DNA of 64,000 nt from Octopus vulgaris (lineage: Eukaryota), in contig OX597816.1 in NCBI GenBank assembly GCA_951406725.2, positions 178,250,001-178,314,000 of the forward strand, in the 5' to 3' direction. Of the stretch, positions 52,955 to 64,000 are shown piece by piece. The notes beneath the pieces are model-generated. The model was given only the letters and a program-made list of their open reading frames with translations, searched no databases and was not told the DNA's origin. A program made the position numbers and the translations under genes. The first letter of the stretch is position 1. Each line of letters begins with the position of its first letter.

Positions 52955-54581
52955 TATCTGTTTTCAAATTGTTTGGAATTTCATAACCTTTGTTCAACTA
53001 ACAATTATCTCCAAATAACAGAACTTTGTAATTAATTCCCTTTCATTCTTGACTAAATAAAATTGTCCTGTAACCTTTAAGTGGTGTAAGCAAAAATCAT
53101 GGTGAAGACCAATCTTCTCCAAACTACTGACGACTGTGGCCAAGAACAACTAGTACGAGGAGTAAGTGAAATGAAACGGTTCAATTAGAATTCAAGTCTG
53201 TGTCACTGATGTAACAAGTCTAAAAGTTATTCCTATCCTTTTTAGTTCGTTATACATTGATTGTAAGCTATCAATTTTCTACCCTTTTTATTGCCTCTTC
53301 TCCTTTGTATGCTTCTACTTTTATAACAGTTGACAGGAACACTAAGGACCGCATGCTAAATAATGTGTTAGCTCTGGCCTAAGCAAATTTGAACCATGCT
53401 GTTGTAAAATCTGAACACATAAAGGAACCTTGACATCACAGCTGAAATGGTAGAATAAACATGTTACCAGTAGCATTAATTGGAATGGTTGCTGAGGAAT
53501 TTACCAAACGATCAGTTTGAGAGATATTTCATAAAAGTATCAAATGCTACATTCCATCAAAGACTTTTCTAATTAGTGTTATGTGTAATTACTTAAGTAT
53601 CAATGTTTTATGGGCTTGGTGACAATTCTGATGATATCAAAGCAGTCACTGCTTTAAAAATTTACAGACCTTGCTTTAAAAAATAGTTGGCAAATGGAAG
53701 ATTCACTCAAAGATGTTTCAGTAAATCTTTCACACTCCATACTCTTACAGATCCCCAGAAATATTATCAATCTGAGAAGAATGAGAAATATCACTCTTTT
53801 GTTTTGGGAAATGGAACACACAGTAGAGTACTTCTAAATTTTAAGATAAATGCTTTGAGCAAGGAGAGGGTACATCAAAATGGAAATGAGCTAATTCTAT
53901 GTTCACTAGGAGAATGATTTGCAAAATTTTAATGTCAAGAAAATTAAAACAGTTGTTTGTTAGTAAAGGCTGTGGTAAGGGGTATTCTGTAAACAGCCCC
54001 ATTAAAGAGAAAGACTAAAATTTTTTTGCAATCTTTCATTTTACCAGGAACCTCTCTTTGGAGATAAAGGAAACTTCTTTTATGAATATTATAAAGTAAC
54101 CATTTACATGTTTACAATTTGCAAAGAAAAATCTAAAATTAAAGAATTTTGTTTATAGCATGCCCAGGTATTTTACATTTTTGAGATAACTTTTTTAGAA
54201 AAGGTATATCATAAGTATACCAGAAAGTTACAAACAATGTATTAAGTATTTATTACTTATGAATTTACAGTAGCTTTACTATTTACAGAACAATAATTTA
54301 GAGAGACTAGTTATTTACTAAGATGCAGTAAGACTATTACTAAAGCATACTTAAACATTGTTAATATAGTTTATACTGTCAATTAGTTTATTATATACAA
54401 ACCTTTCCCCAAATTCAAATAATTGGGGGATGAAAGAATGAGAACATAAGACAAGGGTAAAAATTAGTAACAGTAAAAGGGAACAGCTTACTTAGTAAGA
54501 AAATCTCAAATTGGTTATTTAGAAAATAGTTAATTTCAATTAACTTAGATCATAGACAGTAATGAGAATAAAAATGATTAC

Positions 54582-54615
54582 CAATCTTGATTTCTTCCTT
54601 TCCATTTCATCCAAA
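54582..54615 (-). CDS. CCDC60: Putative 34-nt CCDC60 exon
   Basis: TTCCAG|LDEMERKKSRL|GTAATC; phase 2 to 0, bridges the neighbouring exons. Confidence 0.55.
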
Positions 54616-54774
54616 CTGGAATAGAATAATGGATAATGGATAATTGGTATGTATGTATACATGCATGCATGGTCATTCTTTTATAGCCCACTTTTCCATA
54701 TTTGCAATCCCATCCAACCCATGTGACCAGGATAGAAAAGTCGATGTTCAAACAATGATGATGATGATTCTCTC

Positions 54775-54837
<63 letters not shown>

Positions 54838-55638
54838 CCCTCTCTCTCTGATTTGAGAGAGTTTGCTTTAATTAAATGAGTTACAGTTTTACAGCGGATA
54901 TCAACTGAAATGAACAGCGAAGCCAGAAGTACACAATAGAAAAACGAAAATTTAAAGAAATATAAAAAATCAAGAAAGATTAGGTCAAATATGTGGGAGT
55001 CGCATAGAGTTGATGGGAATGAAGACTCTTTGACTATAAGCTAAGTGGTTTGAAAACCATCTGCTGGCATGTCCCAACATTTCAAGCCATGGAAAAAATT
55101 CAAATATAACTTAGAAACAGCTCAAGGTATATAAACAAAACCGAATACACATATACAAGGTGTGTGTTTTGTTAGGTCATGGGTTGGCTGTGTTTTTTTA
55201 GGTAAATGCTAAATGGTTTTCAAACCTTATTCAGGACGTGGCATTGAAAAGTCACAACAATGATGAAACATTGATGTCTGTTGCTCAGAAAAGGGACCTA
55301 ATGTGAGTTGTCTCACTTGCCTGTGACTTACTTTCAGGTGTCTTAACATCAGGTGCATTGAGAATATATTCTCTTATGCCTAAAAAAAATGCAGTTGACC
55401 TACAAACTAACAACATACCTTGTGTATGCCTGTTCAATTTTGTTTATATATATAAAAATGGAAAAATACTAAGCAAAAACGTCTATATATATATATATAT
55501 GTGCATTCTTATGCCCACACACACACGCACACATCTAAAACTGCCCACTCATACATATTCACACGTGGGTCCGCAAGCAGAATTATAACACAGTAATTTC
55601 CCTTTATATAACGGTATTTTTTCATAGCGTTTTTTCAG

Positions 55639-56945
<1,307 letters not shown>

Positions 56946-57180
56946 ATTTCCTCTATTTACATAATATTGGGGTCTCTTTCTTTCTTTTGTTATCTTACCG
57001 TTTTTGCCAATATATATATATATATATATAAACAAAATTGAACACACGTACAAAAGGTGTATGTGTTGTTAGTTTATGGGTCAACTGCATTTTTTTAGGT
57101 AATGACTGCATAAAATATTACTGCTCCCCAAAATTTTCAGAGTGTGCTGTTTTCAGACTTATGAATAACTGAATCTATAT

Positions 57181-57360
57181 ATCTATATATAGATGAGAAT
57201 GTGTGTGTCTGTGTGTGTGTCAGTCTGTGTGATTCCCTAAAACTCGAGAACTAAACAACCAATTTCATTCAAACTTTACACATGCTTTACTTAGAGTCCA
57301 TGCAGTGTCATGGGCCCAAAAATTATCAACTTCTTGCCTCAAGCAAGCCCGGAGCAATCT
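57181..57360 (+). mobile_element. Helitron-like non-autonomous fragment
   Basis: ATCTATATATA start, TGTC tract, CAACCAATTTCATTCAAACTTT body. Confidence 0.5.
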
Positions 57361-57460
57361 TTTATCTCTTACACTATTTCAGTATTACATCTGTATTGTA
57401 ATGTGAGATAATACTTTCAGTTTGAAAGAAGTCTGTCATATATATATATATATATATATA

Positions 57461-58800
57461 TACAGTTGTGGCCAAAATGTTCCGAATGGCATTGTTTTCA
57501 TCAGAAAAGTAAGTATAATTTTTTATCAAAGTTGTTTTATATTCTATAATTCACAGACAATAAATACGATATTAATTGTTATTGTCTGAGATTTTGGTAT
57601 AATTTGAGAGGATAATGCAAAAGTTATGGATGATTTAGTGATTTACTGCATAACCCATGGCGGCCAAAATGATCAGAACAGTTGAAAAAATAACAAAATA
57701 ATCAAAAATGACAGAGAATACTGGAATTATTTAATATTTAGTGTGAAGCCCTTTAGCTTCAATCACACTTTGACATCTTCGACTGCATGATGAAATTAAA
57801 TTTTCAATTTCTTGCTGGGTGATCTTATTCCATTCTGCCTGAAGGGCATTCCATAATTGCTCGGTTGTTTTAGGATTTCTGGCTTTCAAACATTCTAGAA
57901 TATTCCACACATTTTCAATAGGATTGAGATCTGGGCTTTGAGCAGGCCAATCCATAACACTAAACTTTTCAGCCTTGAGGAAGTTCATGACCACCTTAGC
58001 CTTGTGACATGGGGCATTGTCCTGCATGAATATGGGTGGTCGCTTGGTTAAATTTCTCAGCACAGGCAAGACATGATCTTTTACAAGTTGTTTATAAACT
58101 CCTGCATTTACCTTTCCATGTAATTGCAAAAAGGGCCCACACCATCCCAGATATCATCCCCCAAACCATGACACTTCCTCCACCGAATTTAACACTAGTC
58201 TTAAGGCATTTAGGCGACAATTTTTCACCTACTTTTCGACGAATGGACCTTTTCCCATCTGAGCCAAATAACAAACTTAGATTCATCACTGAAATGCATC
58301 GTTTGCCATTTTTCTTGAGACCACAACACATGTTCGGTTGCAAAGGTAAGACGACACTTTTTATTCTTGGAGCTGATCAGTGGCTTCACTGCAGATGCTC
58401 TTGCTTGTAGGTCATGTTCAACTAAACGACGAGACAGTTTTTCGAGATAACGTTTTCTTCAGTACAATGCTCATTTCCCGAGAAACAGCAGCAGCAGTTT
58501 TAAACCAACTTTTTAACCAACTTTATCATAGCACGATCTTCTCTCTTGGTCGTTTTTCTTGGCCTACCTGTAAACTTTCTTGCTTCACACGAACCACAAT
58601 CATCGTAGACCTTAAGAATACTGTGAACAACACTTTTTGACTTGTTAACAATCTTTGCAATAGACCCAATACTTAAATTATCCTTCTTTCGAAGCTTAAT
58701 AATCTGCTAACGAATTGGTAACGGAGTAAGTGGCATTATATTAACAAAGTACACTGCAGGTATTCTTACTAATGTTTAGTAAACGAACCGTATAATGCAT
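57461..58800 (-). mobile_element. Tc1-family transposon with disrupted transposase (58736 to 57731)
   Basis: TA|CAGTTGTGGCCAAAA end; KFGGGSVMVWG, FMQDNAPCH, WPAQSPDLNPIENVW (DD34E type); stops and frameshifts. Confidence 0.9.
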
Positions 58801-59869
58801 TCAAAAATTGGGTCGCCCATTTTGACGTATGGGGTATTAAAATATTCAGTAATTTTTGGGCTACCAAATAAACTATATTTTCATTTACATATATTCTACG
58901 TTATCTCAACAACCAGCTATAGTTATTTGAAAGACACTGCTCTACAATGACCAGGTTTCATTAGAAAGTGAAAATAGTTTCATACTTTCAATTTGAACCA
59001 AAATTACAAATTATTGCATTACAAGAGTGATGATGTTTCAATAAAAGTAATGTTTTGCCAAATTAGTCACATCTGTACTATAATAAAGAAAGCTGCTTAT
59101 CATCTATAATGTGAAAAGGCTATAATATTGTTTCACTTTCATTGTTTCACTTTTAATTCTAATGTGATAACATTAAGGTATTCTTATTTCTATAATATTT
59201 AAAATAAATGAATAATTTACATCCTAATGTGAACAGCATTATGCATCAGCAACTTTCTTTCTTTACAGCCTCCACAGCAGGATGGTGTGTCAGTGACATA
59301 ATAAACGGCTGGAGGTGAAACTCTTGACAAAAAACAAAGAGGTATATAAAAATACACATTTACTGTTCAATTACCAGTTAATAATTATCACAGTAATTGC
59401 AAGGTATTTACAGTTACATATTTACCCTTAAATTAACATTTAATACATGTGCTTAATATATATATATATATTAAGAAATTTATCTATAATAATTATTGTG
59501 GCATTTACCGTTAAATTAGCAGTTCATACATGTGCTTCTATTTGGTTAATTTGCACTGCATACAAAAGTAAAAACATACTACATACATACAACTGCTTAT
59601 AAAAAGAGGGATTAATGTATAATTTTTTTCTATGTACATAATATTTTGTTTACAATATTGAAAAAAATATGCCACCAAAGAAAAGACTTAATCTCTCCAG
59701 AAACAAGTATAATCAAGGAGGATTGTAGAAATCTGAAGTCAAGAGTCTGAAGAGAGAAGTGAGATGAGACTTTCCCAAGATCAGCAAATACATGCTGCAG
59801 CACTTAATGCTGGATCATTAAATCAATGTTTTAATGATTAGACAGAGGTCCAATAGAATAGTATGGCCA

Positions 59870-60187
59870 TAGTACATGGCCATACCAACGCAAACATCTT
59901 TCCTGCACGCCGCATCCAATGCTTCTTATGTCCAGCATTTTTCTCAGGGCACTTACACTCTGTCGTGCATGGACACTGACATTACACATCCAGTGGATCA
60001 TGCTAGCTTCATTTCTTTCAAGACTACGCATGTCCTCCGCAGTCACAGCCCATGTTTCACTGCCATGGAGCATAGCAGTTCGCACACATGCGTTGTACAA
60101 TCTACCTTTCACTCTGAGCAAGAGACCCTTTGTCACCAGTAGGGGTAGGAGCTTTCTAAACTTTGCCCAGGCTATTCTTATTCTAGT
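59870..60187 (-). mobile_element. RTE fragment
   Basis: RIRIAWAKF...GSETW...WYGHV. Confidence 0.85.
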
Positions 60188-61110
60188 GGTATACATTTAT
60201 CTTCAAACTCAACAGACGATATTAAAAAATAACTAATTTTCCAAGAACATAATTTTAAAAATATTTGTCAGTTTGCCTTGAGCTGCTGCTGATTCTCACT
60301 CTGAGAAACTAATTCTTCATAGAGAACAAAGTAAACTCTTTAATCATCACATTCTTTGCCAGAGCCTGCAAAATAAGTTGAACTTGGTCCCACACTTCAA
60401 GTTGTTGCTCAGCCTCAAGTCAGCCCTGAGTACATATATGATCAAAGCAAACCAACCACAACATTCCCTCCCTTCTTATATCTAGAATTACATTGTCAAT
60501 GTACCCCACATCTTTTAAGATGGTAGGATGTAATTTGAGAAAAATTAGACTGCCATTTCTGGCAGATCAAGCAGCCAGCAGAGGACCATGTAGTGATATA
60601 TAGAAAAATTAGCAGTAGTGTAATTAAATGTCAATATACAGCATAATCATAAGTCAAACATATTCTGATAAAGCGGGATGCATGGGTGAGTGGTTGATAA
60701 ACTTGCTCCCTAATCATATGCTTTTAAGTGTAGCCTCACTGCACAGAACCTTGGCCTTCTACTATATCCCTGGGCAAAAGGAAAACTAAACCCCTGTGAG
60801 TGGATATGGTAGACAGAATCTGATGTGTGTGCACATGCATGTGTGCCCTTGTCTTGACATCATATGACGGTGGAAAATGAGAATTACCATCATTGACTAT
60901 AGGGAAATAATACTTTGTTTGGAAACAGGTGAGGGCTCATGACAAGAAGAGCATCCAGCAGCAGAATCTCTGCTTCAATATATTCTGTCTGACCCATGCA
61001 AGAAAGGAAAAGTGAATGTTAAACCAATGATGATGATGATAGGATATAATGGTAATAAACCATCTTCCATAACCCCAGTTTTGAACAATTTAGAAAAAAA
61101 TATTTCTTAC

Positions 61111-61204
61111 AGTTTGAGTTTTGAATTTTCATTTGATGAAAAAGTTTCTGTGGTGGACTTCAGTTTTACATTGTCTTCAGTGTTATCTTGTCCAGTTAAG
61201 TTAC
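61111..61204 (-). CDS. CCDC60: Putative CCDC60 exon
   Basis: Branch point CTAAC, TTTTCTTTTAG|NLTGQDNTEDNVKLKSTTETFSSNENSKLK|GTAAGA; 94 nt, ends in phase 2. Confidence 0.6.
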
Positions 61205-62244
61205 CTAAAAGAAAAGGATCAAATGAGTGTTAGTCAAAAACCAATAAAACATAGAGATACATTAATAATACTGCACCACCACCACCATACATCTGTGTTT
61301 TATGGTTGCACACTAGAGTCGTGTCAATTACTACAGTAAGACTAACTACATATAATAATAATAATAATAAACAGAGACACTACAAAATGTGCCTTTATCA
61401 AGGTAATTGGCTTTAACTTACCTATTGTTAACTCGGACTCAGGAAGTAGAGCTGTCCAGATGAGAAAATAATAACTAATAAAGAATATGTCAAACATTTA
61501 TGAAATTTACACACTGTTATCAAATAGCGAATGAATAGAGAAATGTGTATAAAAAAGTTTTGACATAATACTTATAATAGAATCAAACAGAAAGGAATAA
61601 GGATGAAGAAGTAACAGAAAAATAAATTAAAGTGACAGAAAAGTTTTTTGCATATATTCCAAAAATTAATAAAATTAAAAATTAAAGGAGTTCTTATTGG
61701 TTTCTTACATTATCACAAGACCATAAGTTTTAAGGAAGTATACAGTCAAGTATATCAACCCTAGGTCTCGCCTGGACTTATTTCATTGACCCTCAGTGTA
61801 AAAGCAAAACAAAATCATGCAATCAAATATAGTAAGATATTGTGTCTGTCACTCAACCGATTCTACCAATGCAAAATTTTCAATATAACAGGTGAAATTT
61901 CTATAGTAATTCTGTCTTATAATGACAGCAAAATCATATTTTGCTTGAAGAATAAACAACATGTTGCGAGTTTAAAATGAAACTAAATTTTTTTTTTAAA
62001 TATTGTTCTAGTGATAATATTTAATTAGTATGTTTGATCACTTACACAGCATAGTATTTTTTATAAAACATTAACTTCAGCATTTCTGCAGAAAAACCAA
62101 TAGTTTATTGATTTAGGTAACTAACCTGAAATGTCAGTCATGCATAATGCACTAATTGTGTTTAATTACTTAATATTTTTAGTTAACTTAATGATTTCAA
62201 AGACAGAGTATTTCAAAATGATATTATTATCTTAAATACTAACA

Positions 62245-62818
62245 TATGAGGTCTGTCCAAAACAAAACTGAACTTTTTGCAAAACATTTTACTATCTCAC
62301 TTATAAGTTAATCAAACTTGTTTCATTCATTGTTAATACATAGCTTTCCATTTTTGAAGAGAGTCCTGAAATATATTCTCGGGTGTAATACACAGCTTTC
62401 AAAGTGAATTTTCTTCAATCTCTTCTTTTGTCTGATGACCATCTTTCAGGGTGGAATTCAACTTAGGGAACAAGGAAAGTTTGCTGCAGCCAAATAGGAA
62501 AGATGAACGATAAAGCTTTCTTGTGCTTTGCCAAAAAGTTACAGATTAGGAGTGATGCGTTAGCAGGTATGTTATCATGTTGCAGCATCCAAGTTATGTT
62601 TGCCCATGCCTTCCTTTGCACCACTTCTCTCAAATGCCTCAGAACATCCAAGTAAAACTCATTATTGATCATCTGACATCATGGAACACATAAGAAGTGA
62701 AATACTTCTAATCAAAAAAGACAATCGACATCACTGTCGTATTTGAGAAATGCTAAGTTTTGGTCATAGAGGCAATGATTCAGCCCACTGCAAAAACTGT
62801 TTTTGTGTTTCAACATCC
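62245..62818 (-). mobile_element. Mariner transposase remnant
   Basis: INNEFYLDVLRHLREVVQRK...WMLQHDN; mariner-like end TATGAGGTCTGTCCAAAA. Confidence 0.7.
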
Positions 62819-64000
62819 GGATCTTTTCCTTTTGATAGCCAGATTTCAACACAATTTCTAGTTAACTAAACACTTTTAAACTTCGTATACTGGTAGAATG
62901 TGTCAAAAGAAAACATTATTTTCACTTAGCTTTTTTGATAAATTTGTAATTCGTTTGTTTAACGTAGTTTAATTTTTCGAATTTTAACCAATCCTATGCT
63001 CTCTTTTGAGCTGAAATCATTTGCTGCGTCTAAAAACCGAGACAACATCTGTTTTGTTCGTAATGTAGCGTTCGTGAGTTCGATATCAGGCTAACCTACC
63101 GGCCCCACGGTGGGATTTTTTTTCATTACAATTATTAGTAAATTTATTTATCAATATCGATAACAAATTACTGCCGTTGTTTAGACTGGCCCCAGTACGT
63201 AACTGGTACTTAATTTATCCCTAACTCTAACCCTAACCCTAAACCTAACCCCTAACCTAACCAAAGCTAGCGACTGATGCCGGAAGGCTGTCACGAGATA
63301 GGGTTAGGGTTAGGGGTTAGGGTTAGGATTAGGGATAAATTAAGTACCAGTTATGCACGCACGCACTGGTGTCGATAGAGCCCCTTGCTGGAACAAATTT
63401 ACACAAAAGGTAAATAAACCTGAAATGGGGAATCAATGTTTCATCGTTTCGGGGTCGATAAATTAAGTACCAATTACACACTGGTGTCAAGGATTTTTTT
63501 CCCAATTCATATCACAGCCTCCGACAAGCTGGGGCATCGTTTTATGAAAAAATATTTCACAAATTTTTACAATACAACCCACACTCCACACACCCTCATA
63601 TCCCACTCTAGACCGATTTAGGCATATTATTATTTTGTTTTTGTTGTTTTTGGCCCTTCAAACCCATGGGAGAAGCCTTTTTGGTAAAAAAAAAATAAAG
63701 AAAATATTAAAAAAATATTGTTAATATTTTTATTGGGCGACGAAATTCATCGATTTAAGAGATATGGATGTATTTCTAGCACATGCCAACACAACCCTCC
63801 TCGTTTGTTTATCAATATTGATAACACAGCAAATGATTTCAGCTCAAAAGAGAGCATAGGATTGGTTAAAATTCGAAAAATTAAACTACGTTAAACAAAC
63901 AAATTACAAATTTATCAAAAAAGCCAAGTGAAAATAATGTTTTCTTTTGACACATTCTACCAGTATACGAAGTTTTAAAGTGTTTAGTTAACTAGAAATT
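62819..64000. mobile_element. Larger member of the GGATC-terminal MITE family; right end runs off the window
   Basis: Left TIR about 62819-63025 related to the 3181 element; inverted copy at about 63827-64000. Confidence 0.82.

Noticed and set aside
53050-54060. Coding-like composition within a CCDC60 intron
   Set aside because: No sustained frame or recognisable motif; possibly an old TE or pseudogene, cannot be supported
59249-59341. Plus-strand exon-like segment with a strong acceptor
   Set aside because: No partner exons or ORF found; unsupported without RNA data

Overview
AT-rich, microsatellite- and repeat-dense eukaryotic DNA. The SINE/RTE repeat complement and (TA)n load suggest a coleoid cephalopod such as Octopus; this is an inference. 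The window has three tRNA genes (Ile-AAT, Arg-TCT, initiator Met) and two convergent intron-containing protein genes. MTERF3 is on + with 5 coding exons and about 466 aa, all joins in phase. The 3' part of CCDC60 is on - with 7 phase-compatible exons; its 5' end was not found in the window. The rest is mostly transposable-element debris: several tRNA-derived SINE families, RTE LINEs with a PHD-like insert and hairpin-repeat tails, CR1-, Tx1- and RTE-X-like fragments, Penelope-like elements, Helitrons, Tc1/mariner remnants and a GG-terminal MITE family with 8-bp TSDs. Most ORF-track entries are microsatellite or SINE artefacts. The most unusual structures are: an alternating inverted array of hammerhead-like units embedded in (TA)n; near-identical inverted retroelement pairs bracketing exons of both genes; a SINE with a 55-bp target duplication; and an outward-facing telomere-repeat cassette inside a MITE. 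Family assignments rest on motif recognition, not database searches, and TE boundaries are approximate.
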